64,000 nucleotides of DNA from an uncultured delta proteobacterium (GTDB taxonomy: Bacteria > Desulfobacterota > Desulfuromonadia > Geobacterales > Pseudopelobacteraceae): contig CAVYYZ010000011.1 of assembly GCA_963772835.1 (NCBI GenBank), forward strand, positions 160,001 through 224,000. Reading direction: 5' to 3'. The translations under genes and the position numbers were made by a program. Shown here in pieces: positions 1 to 9,706 of the stretch. Numbering within the stretch: the first letter of the stretch is position 1; every line of letters starts with the position of its first letter. The notes under the pieces are model-generated. The model did no database searches and was not told the origin of the DNA. It saw only the letters and a program-made list of their open reading frames with translations.

Positions 1-129
1 CATGTGTCAGGCAGCTATTCTGCCGCGGCATATCACCACGCCTTTCTCTACCCGTTTTGCGGGCTTGCCGGTGCCATTCTGCTATTTGCCTGTGCCAAAG
101 ACACTCTGATTGCGGAAGGAGGGAGGTAA
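1..129 (+). CDS. C-terminal end of a membrane protein, probably an MFS transporter (truncated by window edge)
   Basis: Frame 1 is open from base 1: HVSGSYSAAAYHHAFLYPFCGLAGAILLFACAKDTLIAEGGR, TAA at 127-129. A final hydrophobic helix followed by KDT resembles an MFS C-terminus. Confidence 0.5.
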   Translation, partial: HVSGSYSAAAYHHAFLYPFCGLAGAILLFACAKDTLIAEGGR

Positions 130-177
130 CGGTATGCCGGTTCCCGACCATGGACATCAGGCGACAGGCCGACAGCG

Positions 178-2028
178 ATGACGAGACCACGAACCGGCAT
201 CACTGTAGTGCGAAACAATCAGGTCAGGCGGGTATTGCAGGTCGGGGCTGCTCTCATTGTCTGTCTGATAGTCGGCTGGGTGACCCGGCAGGCGTTGTTG
301 TCGAGCGGTCTCAAGTCGTTGCAGAAGCTGAGCGGGCAGCATATGGAGTTTTACCGTCTGAGCCTTGAATCCCTGCTGACAAGGAATGAATCACTGCCGC
401 GACTCGTCGCGCAGGAGGAAAAGCTCGGTAAACTCCTGCTGCACCCGGACGATATCTCACTGCAGCAGGGTGCAAACCGTTATCTCCGGGATGTTCAGGG
501 AATTTCCGATATTGCGGCGGCCTATCTGATGAATGCAGACGGTCTGACCGTCGCAGCGAGCAATTTTGGACAACCGATGTCGTTTGTGGGCAAAAATTAC
601 GGCTACCGCCCCTATTTTCGTGACGCGATGCATGGCCGGCTCGGGCGTTTTTTCGGCATCGGCATGACAACCGGTCAGCCGGGCTATTTTCTGGCGGCTC
701 CTGTCGAGGTGCATGGGAAGAAGGTGGGTGTTTCCGCAATAAAGGTCAGTCTTGACAGTTTCGATGCGGCACTCCTCAAGAGTGGCGAGATCGTCCTGGT
801 CACCGACTCATCCGGAGTGATTTTTCTTACTTCGGTGAAGGAATGGCGATACCGGACGCTGACTCAGCTCGGCAAGGATGCCACCGAACAGCTCCGTACC
901 ACCCGTAAGTACAACAATCTCAACCTTGTGCCGCTGGAGACAAGTCTTAAGCTCCAGGACGGTATCTCCTTGACAAAAATCGTCCTGCCGCATGACCAGG
1001 CGCACGATTATCTTGTACGTTCCGAAACGGTCGGGCACCTGGGGTGGAACATGGTACTGCTGACCAACACGCAGCAGGAACGCCAGAATGCTTTGCTGGC
1101 CGGCGGGGCAGCCATGCTTGCAACGGCCCTCCTGTTTTTTTTAGTCACCTATTTTCAGCTGAACGCCCGGCGATACAGGGAGAGGCGCCAGAGTGAAGCA
1201 TTGCTGCGCCAGGCTCATCAGGAACTTGAGGAGCGCATTACCGCCCGGACCGCGGAGCTTGTCAACACGAATATGTCCCTGGAGGAAAAGGTTGCGACGC
1301 TGAAAACAACCGAAGGCATCCTCCGCGAGACCCGTGACAACGCAGTCCAGGCGGGTAAACTCACCGTGCTCGGTCAGATGGCGGCCGGAATAACCCACGA
1401 GATAAACCAGCCCCTGACCGCCCTGCATACGTTTACGGATAATGCCGTTAGTCTGTTGGACCGCGGACGGCTGGACGATGTGCGGGAAAACCTCGGCCTG
1501 ATAAGGCAGATGGCCGACCGTATGGGGCGCATCGTGACCGAAATCAAGACATTCGCCCGCAAGTCGCCGGCAGAGCTGCAGATTGTCCGGGTTGCCGATG
1601 CAATCAACCAGGCCGTCATGCTCGTTGAACAGAGACGGCGCCAGCTCAACGCTCAGATCACCATAGAGCCGTTTTCCGAAGATACACAGGTCCTGGCCGA
1701 CTCGATACGCTTTGAGCAGGTGCTGGTAAACCTGTTGCGCAACGGACTCGATGCGGTGTCGGATACACCGGAAAAGTGTGTCACCGTTTCGGTTGCCCAT
1801 CATGCTCCTGAAGTCCATATTGTTGTACGCGATACCGGACCGGGGATTTCCGGGTCGGTTCTGTCACGGCTTTTCGAACCGTTCTTTACAACAAAATCCG
1901 CCGGAAAAGGCCTCGGTCTGGGGCTGGCCATATCCCGCATGATTGTTGCTGATTTCGGGGGGAGACTCTCTGCCGGCAATCAGCAGAGCGGCGGGGCAGA
2001 ATTTACGATTGTGCTGGAGGAAGCATGA
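178..2028 (+). CDS. dctB: DctB-like sensor histidine kinase (dCache periplasmic sensor)
   Basis: Two TM segments, AASN...GKNYGYRPYF DctB-type sensor motif, H-box AGITHEINQPL, N-box QVLVNLLRN, G-boxes DTGPG and GLGLGL. Confidence 0.85.
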   Translation: MTRPRTGITVVRNNQVRRVLQVGAALIVCLIVGWVTRQALLSSGLKSLQKLSGQHMEFYRLSLESLLTRNESLPRLVAQEEKLGKLLLHPDDISLQQGANRYLRDVQGISDIAAAYLMNADGLTVAASNFGQPMSFVGKNYGYRPYFRDAMHGRLGRFFGIGMTTGQPGYFLAAPVEVHGKKVGVSAIKVSLDSFDAALLKSGEIVLVTDSSGVIFLTSVKEWRYRTLTQLGKDATEQLRTTRKYNNLNLVPLETSLKLQDGISLTKIVLPHDQAHDYLVRSETVGHLGWNMVLLTNTQQERQNALLAGGAAMLATALLFFLVTYFQLNARRYRERRQSEALLRQAHQELEERITARTAELVNTNMSLEEKVATLKTTEGILRETRDNAVQAGKLTVLGQMAAGITHEINQPLTALHTFTDNAVSLLDRGRLDDVRENLGLIRQMADRMGRIVTEIKTFARKSPAELQIVRVADAINQAVMLVEQRRRQLNAQITIEPFSEDTQVLADSIRFEQVLVNLLRNGLDAVSDTPEKCVTVSVAHHAPEVHIVVRDTGPGISGSVLSRLFEPFFTTKSAGKGLGLGLAISRMIVADFGGRLSAGNQQSGGAEFTIVLEEA

Positions 2029-3371
2029 AAATACATGGACACGTTGTTTCCCGCGACGATCTCCTGGTGTACCTGATTGAAGACGATGATGCGGTCCGAT
2101 TCGGCTGTGAACAGGCCATGAATCTGGCTGACCTTGCCGTACGCCCGTTCCGCACCGCCGAAAGCGCACTGGACGCACTGCAGGACGACCCGCCTGCCGT
2201 CGTGGTCAGCGATGTGCGGCTCCCCGGAATGTCCGGACTCCAGCTCCTTGATGAACTTCAGAAACGGGAGCGTGACATACCGGTAATCCTGATCACCGGA
2301 CATGGTGATGTGTCCATGGCGGTTCAGGCAATGCGGGACAATGCCTACGATTTTATCGAAAAGCCGTTTCACTCGGAACGTCTGATCGATGTTGTCCGTC
2401 GTGCGCTTGAAAAACGTACGCTGCTGCTCGAAATCCGCAGACTGCACGGGCAGCTTGGAGACGCGGGGGTGATGCCGCTGATCGGCCATGCGGATTCCAT
2501 CCAGAAAGTGCGCAGATCTATATCCGCCCTTGCACCCACCGATGTTGATGTGTTGATTCTCGGTGAAACAGGGACAGGAAAAGAGGTTGTCGCGCATGCT
2601 CTCCATGCCCAGAGCGGCCGCACGGGGCCGTTCGTTGCGTTGAACTGCGGGGCATTGCCCGAGTCGGTGTTCGAGAGTGAGATGTTCGGGCATGAGGCCG
2701 GGTCATTCACCGGAGCGGTCAGACGCCGCATAGGAAAGATCGAATATGCCAACGGCGGGACATTGTTTCTCGATGAAATTGAATCCATGCCGCTCGCGCT
2801 GCAGGTCAAGCTGCTGCGGGTGCTGCAGGAACGCCGTGTAGAGCGCCTCGGCAGCAACACATCCATCGCGGCTGACTGCCGGATTGTGGCAGCAAGTAAG
2901 GTTGACCTGAAGATACTCTCAGACCAGGGCGGGTTTCGTGCCGACCTCTATTACCGCCTGAATGTCGTCTCCATAGAACTGCCGCCGCTCAGACAGCGCC
3001 CCGGTGATATCGCCCCGTTAATGGCCTACTTCCTCGCCCAGGCATGCAGCCGTTTTCACCGGGATGCGCCACGGTGGTGTGAAACGGATTTGATCCGGTG
3101 GCAGCAGCACGATTGGCCGGGCAATGTCCGTGAACTGAAAACGGTTGCAGAGCGGCTCTGTCTCGGTGTAGACGACGGTCTGGAACCTGCCAGGAATACA
3201 TCGGTTTCACTGGTGACACAGCTTGAAGTCTTTGAGCGGGGGTTGATCAGAGACGCATTGCGCAGTGTGAAGGGATGTGTGGCCGAAGCCGCCAATCTTC
3301 TGCATATCCCCAGGAAGACGCTGTATGACAAGGTGAACCGCCATGGTCTGGAACCTGATAATTTCCGGTGA
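2025..3371 (+). CDS. dctD: DctD-like sigma54-dependent response regulator
   Basis: Receiver domain (IEDD, SDVRLPG, FIEKP), GETGTGKE, ESEMFGHEAGSFTGA, WPGNVREL, C-terminal Fis-type HTH. ATGA overlap with the kinase. Confidence 0.85.
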   Translation: MKIHGHVVSRDDLLVYLIEDDDAVRFGCEQAMNLADLAVRPFRTAESALDALQDDPPAVVVSDVRLPGMSGLQLLDELQKRERDIPVILITGHGDVSMAVQAMRDNAYDFIEKPFHSERLIDVVRRALEKRTLLLEIRRLHGQLGDAGVMPLIGHADSIQKVRRSISALAPTDVDVLILGETGTGKEVVAHALHAQSGRTGPFVALNCGALPESVFESEMFGHEAGSFTGAVRRRIGKIEYANGGTLFLDEIESMPLALQVKLLRVLQERRVERLGSNTSIAADCRIVAASKVDLKILSDQGGFRADLYYRLNVVSIELPPLRQRPGDIAPLMAYFLAQACSRFHRDAPRWCETDLIRWQQHDWPGNVRELKTVAERLCLGVDDGLEPARNTSVSLVTQLEVFERGLIRDALRSVKGCVAEAANLLHIPRKTLYDKVNRHGLEPDNFR

Positions 3372-3449
3372 CAATCAGAAACGGGAGAGCCGTACCGGCC
3401 CGTCCGGGAGCCGCGCGGCAGTATGTTTCTGAACTGAAAGGATGATGAC

Positions 3450-4235
3450 ATGGACTTTGGATTGACAGGAAAAACCGCATTGGCACTTGGCGGCGGAGGC
3501 GGCATCGGCCGCGCCGTTGCAACAACGCTCGCCCGTGAAGGTGCCAGGGTTGTCGTCGGCGACCTGAACCGGGAAGCGCTTGATCAAACGGTGAAAGAGA
3601 TCCGTGAAGTGGGCGGGCAGGCTCTGCCGCTGTTGTGGGATCTGGGAGACATCGCTTCCATTGACGGACATGTAACCGCCATAGAAAAAGTGTTCGGCCG
3701 GGTTGACATTCTGTTCAACAACACCGGTGGACCGCCGCCGACACCGGCTTCCGGTCAGGATCCGGCACAGTGGGCGAAATTTTTCCAATCAATGGTGCTT
3801 TCAGTTATCGCAATCACCGACAGGGTTCTTCCGGGGATGAGAGAGCAGAAATGGGGAAGGATCATTACCAGCGCATCATCGGGTGTAATAGCCCCCATTC
3901 CCAATCTGGGGATGTCAAATGCCCTGCGCATGTCTCTGGTCGGATGGTCAAAAACTCTGGCACGGGAAGTGGCACGTGACGGCATTACGGCTAATATCAT
4001 TCTGCCCGGTCGTATCGGGACTGCGCGGATCAATTTTCTGGACGAACAGAAAGCCGGACGCGAAAACAGGAGCGTTGAGGAGGTCGCCGCCGAAAGTACG
4101 GCGTCCATCCCGGCCGGCCGCTACGGGACACCGCAGGAATACGCGAATGTCGCTGCATTCCTTGCCAGTACGGCGTCTTCCTACCTGACCGGTTCAACAA
4201 TCCGGGTGGATGGCGGATATATCGCTTCAGTTTGA
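3450..4235 (+). CDS. SDR-family oxidoreductase
   Basis: GGGGGIG Rossmann motif, NNTGGP, atypical SNALR active-site helix, terminal VDGG. Confidence 0.9.
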   Translation: MDFGLTGKTALALGGGGGIGRAVATTLAREGARVVVGDLNREALDQTVKEIREVGGQALPLLWDLGDIASIDGHVTAIEKVFGRVDILFNNTGGPPPTPASGQDPAQWAKFFQSMVLSVIAITDRVLPGMREQKWGRIITSASSGVIAPIPNLGMSNALRMSLVGWSKTLAREVARDGITANIILPGRIGTARINFLDEQKAGRENRSVEEVAAESTASIPAGRYGTPQEYANVAAFLASTASSYLTGSTIRVDGGYIASV

Positions 4236-4266
4236 GAACAATTACAAGCGTATAAAGGAGAATGAC

Positions 4267-5274
4267 ATGTCAATACTGGATGTGAACGCCAGGGGCGTCT
4301 TTATTATCGCGGTAACGCCGTTCACCGCTGACGGTTCATTGGATCTGGCAAGTACGGACCGCATGGTTGATTCGTATATCGAGTCAGGGGTGACCGGGAT
4401 TACAATTCTCGGCATAATGGGCGAGGCGACAAAACTTACCGCCGAAGAATCCAGGACGTTTGCACAACGGGTGATACAGCGGGTCGGCGGGAGAGTCCCG
4501 GTCGTCGTCGGCGCTTCCTCACCGGGCTTTGCGCCGATGCGCGAACTTACTACCAGTGTCATGAATATGGGGGCTGCGGGCGTTATGGTGGCCCCCCCCT
4601 CGACTCTGAGAACCGATGATCAGATCTGCAGTTATTTTGAGATGGTCGGTGAAACGCTCGGCTCCTCCGTCCCGTTCGTACTTCAGGACCATCCGGTGTC
4701 AACCGGTGTGCAGATGACCACTTCGGTTATCCTGCGCATTATCAAAACGGTTGAAAACTGCGTCATGCTCAAACATGAAGACTGCCCCGGTCTGGCGAAA
4801 CTGTCGGCGATCCGCGCCTCCAGCCTGCGCGGTGAAACACGTCGTGTTTCGATTCTAACCGGAAACGGCGGTGGTCTTTTCCTGGCTGAAGAGCTTACGC
4901 GGGGTGCCGACGGTGCCATGACCGGCTTTGCGTATCCGGAAATGATGGTGGATGTCTGCCGTGCCCATGCCGGCGGCGATGTAGCGAGAGCCCACGACAT
5001 TTTTGACGCATATCTCCCGCTTGCCCGGTATGAACAGCAGCCGGGCATCGGTCTTGCGGTCCGAAAATACATTCTTGCCAAGCGGGGTATGATCGCTTCG
5101 GCGTCCATTCGAAAGCCCGGACCGAAACTGTCAAGTGAGGATATTGCGGATATTGAACTCCTTATTGAACGACAAACGAGAAGGCTCACCGAAATCGGTG
5201 CGTCTTTCTCTGACCGCTCTGCTGCCGGGGTGGTAACGCCGTCACCCAAGACGGAACGGGATGGAAAACCATGA
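4267..5274 (+). CDS. Dihydrodipicolinate synthase / class I aldolase family protein
   Basis: VTPF, GIMGE, Schiff-base Lys in LKHED, GADGAMTG. Start set at ATG 4267 after the AAGGAG RBS. Confidence 0.85.
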   Translation: MSILDVNARGVFIIAVTPFTADGSLDLASTDRMVDSYIESGVTGITILGIMGEATKLTAEESRTFAQRVIQRVGGRVPVVVGASSPGFAPMRELTTSVMNMGAAGVMVAPPSTLRTDDQICSYFEMVGETLGSSVPFVLQDHPVSTGVQMTTSVILRIIKTVENCVMLKHEDCPGLAKLSAIRASSLRGETRRVSILTGNGGGLFLAEELTRGADGAMTGFAYPEMMVDVCRAHAGGDVARAHDIFDAYLPLARYEQQPGIGLAVRKYILAKRGMIASASIRKPGPKLSSEDIADIELLIERQTRRLTEIGASFSDRSAAGVVTPSPKTERDGKP

Positions 5275-5939
5275 ATGATCTGCTGGACCGGTATGGTGCC
5301 CTGCTGGGTGAGGTGGACGACTGGTTTCTTCGCTGCCTTGACCGGCATCCGGACCTGATTGCCTGTCGCAACGGCTGTTCAGAATGCTGCCGCGGGCTTT
5401 TTGATGTTACCCTGCTGGATGCATTCTATCTCAAGCGCGGGTTTGACCGACTTCCCGAACCTCTGAAAACAGAGCTGCAGCGGGAATCCTTCCGGCGTCT
5501 GCAGCAGCTGTCCCTGGTGAATTCCGCATGTGTCGAACCGTGGCTGCTGAACGCTATTCCTGAGGAGGAGTGGGATGCACTCATGCCGGAAGAGGATGAG
5601 ACACCATGTCTGCTGCTGTCGGAAACCGGGGGGTGTCTGGTTTATGAACATCGCCCGATGACCTGTCGGCTGAATGGTATTCCGTTGATTGATGATTCCG
5701 GGGAAGAGCTGTTCGACGAGTGGTGTACGCTGAATTTTGTTGACGAGGACCCGCGGCGGCTGTCAGATCTGCGCTTCGGTTTTACGGATCTGTTTGCCCG
5801 TGAACTGCTGCTGTTTCAGGAACTGCTTCGCCTGCTGACCGGGAGTTCGCGCAATGAGGTCGATCTGTTTATACCTGCGGCAGTCGTATTGGAACGTGAA
5901 AAAATTGTCGCGGCACTTGATGGTTTGAAGGGTGAATAA
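5271..5939 (+). CDS. YkgJ-family cysteine-cluster protein
   Basis: CRNGCSECC, CLLL...CLVYEHRPMTCR. Confidence 0.85.
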   Translation: MNDLLDRYGALLGEVDDWFLRCLDRHPDLIACRNGCSECCRGLFDVTLLDAFYLKRGFDRLPEPLKTELQRESFRRLQQLSLVNSACVEPWLLNAIPEEEWDALMPEEDETPCLLLSETGGCLVYEHRPMTCRLNGIPLIDDSGEELFDEWCTLNFVDEDPRRLSDLRFGFTDLFARELLLFQELLRLLTGSSRNEVDLFIPAAVVLEREKIVAALDGLKGE

Positions 5940-6137
5940 AGACAACCTTTTTTAAATTGTCAGTATGCATATCAAAAAATATCAAAAGTTATCGGAAGAT
6001 GAAGCTCCAAATGGGCAAAAACTCCATTTATCTCGAAATAGACTACCAGCAACTCACCGTCTGGCAGTCTATTTCCTGTATTATAAGATGGAGTTCCGCC
6101 TGTAAATGTAGGTTGAGTTAATATCTGCCCGGTTACG

Positions 6138-7127
6138 TTATGGTTTTGGTGCTTCCGGGGTCTGTTGAACGGGAGGCTGAATGCTCCCGCGTGCCCAGAG
6201 GTGTTTGCCGAATTTCCAATATCCCTGTACGTTGCAGAGACGGGCATCCTTGGCTGGATCAACGACAACCAGCTTTCCGCTGATCAGCGGTTGCAGGTAC
6301 TTCGCCAGCACCGCACCACCACCTCCGGTCAGCACGATGGTATCAATATCCCAGTCATCACTCCAGAGTCGGTCCGCTTCGCTGGCAATAGCCGTAGCCA
6401 AATGGCCGAATACCTGATCGGTAATTCCCTTCAGATCAAACTCTTTGCCCCGGATCTTAATGACTCCTTGATCAACAGCTTCATGCAGACGGTACAGCTC
6501 AACGCTGACATTGCTCTTTTCGCGCAGCTTATCGGCGATAATAGTGAACGCCTTGGAAATACCTGTGTCGGTCGTGCGGCTCCCGCGTTCTGAATAACGC
6601 ATTCGATCCGATACGGTAAAATCCGATGTTTTGAAGCCGATGTCAATGACGCCTGTTTTCTCATGAACATAGCGTTTTTCGCCCAATTCACCGACATCGT
6701 TCAGCATCAGGTTAAAGAGTGAGCCGAACGGTTGCGGAATCACTTTGACATTGCTGATCTTGATGGTTTTCTCTTCACGTTGCCCGTTGCCGTTGATTAG
6801 TATTACCTTGTGATCACCCTGAAGGAGTTTTACCATGCTGTCTTTATATTCCCGGTAGTAGCCGATTCCGTAGACAACGCCGCTATGGCGAACTTCGACA
6901 CAATCATTTGCTCTGATATTTCCGGTCATTTTGCCTCCGATGATACCGGATTTGACGGTGATATCTCCGATTACGCAGCCGGATTCACCGATGATCAAGC
7001 TTTCCGCCACAATATTCCCTTCGAAAGAGCCATCTACGCGGACCGTCCCGCTGGAGGATATCTCTCCCTTGACGCCTGACTTGTGACCTATGATGACTTC
7101 CATATCAGGCTCTTTCTTGCCGAACAT
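6138..7127 (-). CDS. In-frame chimera: bactofilin N-terminal part fused to the C-terminal part of a ParM/StbA-like actin
   Basis: aa ~10-87 show a bactofilin beta-helix pattern (IIG..VKGEI..GTVRVDGSFEGNI..LIIGESGCVIGDI..IGGKMTGNI). aa 88-329 carry actin-fold motifs PQP, VIDIGFKTSD, LTGGG, NVQGY. Confidence 0.75.
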   Translation of the reverse strand: MFGKKEPDMEVIIGHKSGVKGEISSSGTVRVDGSFEGNIVAESLIIGESGCVIGDITVKSGIIGGKMTGNIRANDCVEVRHSGVVYGIGYYREYKDSMVKLLQGDHKVILINGNGQREEKTIKISNVKVIPQPFGSLFNLMLNDVGELGEKRYVHEKTGVIDIGFKTSDFTVSDRMRYSERGSRTTDTGISKAFTIIADKLREKSNVSVELYRLHEAVDQGVIKIRGKEFDLKGITDQVFGHLATAIASEADRLWSDDWDIDTIVLTGGGGAVLAKYLQPLISGKLVVVDPAKDARLCNVQGYWKFGKHLWARGSIQPPVQQTPEAPKP

Positions 7128-7160
7128 GTGTGCCCCCTTTTTATTGAATAGCGTATCGGC

Positions 7161-7997
7161 TCAATCGGCCTTTCCTGTATACTGGACTGGATTGACATAG
7201 CGGCCATTCTTCCAAACTTCATAATGAACATGACTGCCGGTAGTGACCCCGGTTGAACCGGCACTCGCGACAACATCACCACGTTTTACGGTCTGGGCCA
7301 CCTTTACCAGATTCTTTGAGTTGTGAGCGTAAATGGTACTAAAACCCTGACCATGTTCGAGGACAACAATGTTGCCGTTACCGGGGCTCCAACTGGCAAA
7401 GCTGACAATACCGTCTGCTGTGGCATGTACCGGCGTACCTGTTGGAACAGAAAGATCGGTGCCGGTGTGAAATTTCTCCGTATGATATTTCGGGTGAACC
7501 CGCATGCCGAACCCGGACGAAACTCGCCCTTCCACGGGCCATCCGCGAGGTGTTACGCGATAGAGATCGTTCTGGTTCGACAAATATTCACGGACCTCGT
7601 TGACCGACTCCAAAGAGGAGTTTATCTGCCTTTTCAGTTCCTCAATGTCGATGGAACCCTCATTGCTGCTTTCCATGGCATCGAATACCTGCTTCTTGGA
7701 GCTAAATGAAAAGAGCCGTTTAAACTGTGTTTCAGACTCCTTGAGGGATGTCATGGTGGTTCGCATTTCCTGGAATTGATCCGAAAGGTAGGCAAGTTTT
7801 TGTTTGGTCTGATAATAGTCAACGACTCGGTATGAAAGTGCTGCAGTGTATACGAGACCGATTGCCGCGAAGACAAGCAGTAACGCCAGAAGAAGAAATG
7901 GCATTTTGATGCGCATTGAGTTGGAGCGGGAGTGGGGAATGAGCATGATGGTGATCGGGGTAGCCCACTTTTTCAGTAATGGTCGAAGCTTGCGCAT
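7161..7997 (-). CDS. M23-family peptidoglycan endopeptidase
   Basis: N-terminal TM plus coiled coil, HTGTD (HxxxD), YAH, GSTG..TGSHVHYEV. Confidence 0.92.
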   Translation of the reverse strand: MRKLRPLLKKWATPITIMLIPHSRSNSMRIKMPFLLLALLLVFAAIGLVYTAALSYRVVDYYQTKQKLAYLSDQFQEMRTTMTSLKESETQFKRLFSFSSKKQVFDAMESSNEGSIDIEELKRQINSSLESVNEVREYLSNQNDLYRVTPRGWPVEGRVSSGFGMRVHPKYHTEKFHTGTDLSVPTGTPVHATADGIVSFASWSPGNGNIVVLEHGQGFSTIYAHNSKNLVKVAQTVKRGDVVASAGSTGVTTGSHVHYEVWKNGRYVNPVQYTGKAD

Positions 7998-8316
7998 AAT
8001 TACTGTTCTCCCCCTGATCTTTCCGCGATTACAACGATTATTACCAACGCATTTAAGTAAAAGATCTCGTTTATATTCTTTTCCTGTTGATAATTCAAAA
8101 TAAAACGTAATGCTTAGACCACTGAGCCCCTCGCTAACTGAATGAGTTTTTATATGTACCGGGCTGTTTTGCAGTGACGTTGTCCACTGTCATGAATTAC
8201 CCGTTGATTTGCAACGTGTTTGCAGTACGTTGACTTGCCTTTCTAAATATTTTTTAGGGACAGGTATGAATACAAAGCTGGTGCATCCCGGATCTTTGGT
8301 TAATCCACTGCAACGA

Positions 8317-9087
8317 TTAATCCACCGCAACGACAAAATTACCGGGAAAATCGCGCTGTTCGAACGCTTCCTGGGCCGACTGCGCCGCCCGTAAAGAGGA
8401 GTAGTGCCCGATACGAATGCGATAGAAGAGTTCCCCCGCCACAGTCGTTTCCTGAACGTTCGCCGCGCCATACTTTCTCTTCAGCTCTTCCGCATAGCGG
8501 TACGCGTTCGTCCTGTTTTTAAGTGCGGCAACCTGGAGGGCAAAGCTCCCGCTGTCATAACTGACCGGAGTGCGATAGCCGGCATCTCCACCCGTTGTAC
8601 CGATTTTGTACCCGAGAGCGGTTACCCTGACGGCAGCGACACCCTCCTGAATCATATCCAGCCTGCGTGCCGCCTCTTCTGAAAGGTCGATGATGCGATC
8701 ACGGACAAAGGGGCCGCGATCATTGATACGCACGATAATTTCCCTCCCTGTCCTGATGTGCCGCACTTTTACATAGACACCGAGCGGCAGCGTTTTGTGG
8801 GCGGCGGTCATCGCATTCATATCAAACGGCTCGCCGCTGCTGGTTGTGCGTCCATTAAAATCGCGACCGTAACTGCTGGCGATCCCCTCCTGCACAAAAC
8901 CTTCGTGGCTGGAAAGAGGTTCATAGCGCCTGCCGGCGACGGTATACGGTTTCTGACCCGGCTTCTGCCGTGTTGACGGGTTTTGATCCTGCGGCGAATA
9001 GGCACGCTGATGGGATGCACAGGCAGAAAAGAGAAGTGTGAGCAGTGCGGCGGAGAAAAACTGAACCGTGCGGATACGGGCTGTCAT
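8317..9087 (-). CDS. rlpA: Septal ring lytic transglycosylase RlpA-family lipoprotein with SPOR domain
   Basis: Lipobox FSAC, TAAHKTLP, VRINDRGPF..RIIDLS, C-terminal SPOR domain (LQVAA..YRIRIG). Confidence 0.92.
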   Translation of the reverse strand: MTARIRTVQFFSAALLTLLFSACASHQRAYSPQDQNPSTRQKPGQKPYTVAGRRYEPLSSHEGFVQEGIASSYGRDFNGRTTSSGEPFDMNAMTAAHKTLPLGVYVKVRHIRTGREIIVRINDRGPFVRDRIIDLSEEAARRLDMIQEGVAAVRVTALGYKIGTTGGDAGYRTPVSYDSGSFALQVAALKNRTNAYRYAEELKRKYGAANVQETTVAGELFYRIRIGHYSSLRAAQSAQEAFEQRDFPGNFVVAVD

Positions 9088-9108
9088 GGAACCTGCGTCA
9101 TGGCGCCG

Positions 9109-9447
9109 TCAGTTGTCTTTATGACATTCATGGCATTCCACGGGCCCGCGACCCTTTTCCCGGTGGCACCCCTTGCAGAAATAGTGGGCGATCCGCTGGT
9201 CAAATCGTGTCATCGTATGTGCTTTGGTCGGTGTCTCTGTCTTGTGACAGGGGAGGCAGGACTCAGCCTTCATCAGGGACTGATGCAGGTCGTGATTGAA
9301 GCGAACGTTACCCTTTGAAGCGGAGAAGATAAAATAACGATCTTTTGTGGCGGGATCAATGTGTACGGTATATTCGCTCTCAGCCGGCGAGGGGAATGCA
9401 AAACATGCCATTGCAAGAATAAGAAAAATGCCGGGACGGTATTGCAT
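9109..9447 (-). CDS. Triheme periplasmic cytochrome c7 (PpcA family)
   Basis: Signal peptide, GNVRFNHDLH, three CxxCH (CLPCH, CKGCH, CHECH) with AH..CKGCH..GP..C spacing as in c7. Confidence 0.88.
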   Translation of the reverse strand: MQYRPGIFLILAMACFAFPSPAESEYTVHIDPATKDRYFIFSASKGNVRFNHDLHQSLMKAESCLPCHKTETPTKAHTMTRFDQRIAHYFCKGCHREKGRGPVECHECHKDN

Positions 9448-9706
9448 GAAAAACTTACCTCCGTTATTAGGCTGAAAACAATTCCGACGCTGGCGGAACC
9501 GTGTAGATCGAACTCCTTGTTATAAAGCGATTCGCGCGGTTGTTATAGATTTGTATTGAAAAATAATATGCGTGTAATAACATGAAAGCCCGTATGTGTA
9601 AAGATCTTCTCACCTCAATTTGAATTCAGACACATCACACACTGGATTATTTGCCGTAATACATGATAGTGCTACTATGGATAATCACTACAAAAGGACA
9701 CACGCC

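Noticed and set aside
5972..6268. 98-aa minus-strand ORF running into the AT-rich gap after the chimera
   Set aside because: Overlaps the chimera out of frame and has no recognisable motif; a gene remnant cannot be supported.
8000..8316. Short CAACGT/ACGTTG dyad and TTTGCA repeats upstream of the M23 gene
   Set aside because: Too short and irregular to distinguish from chance.
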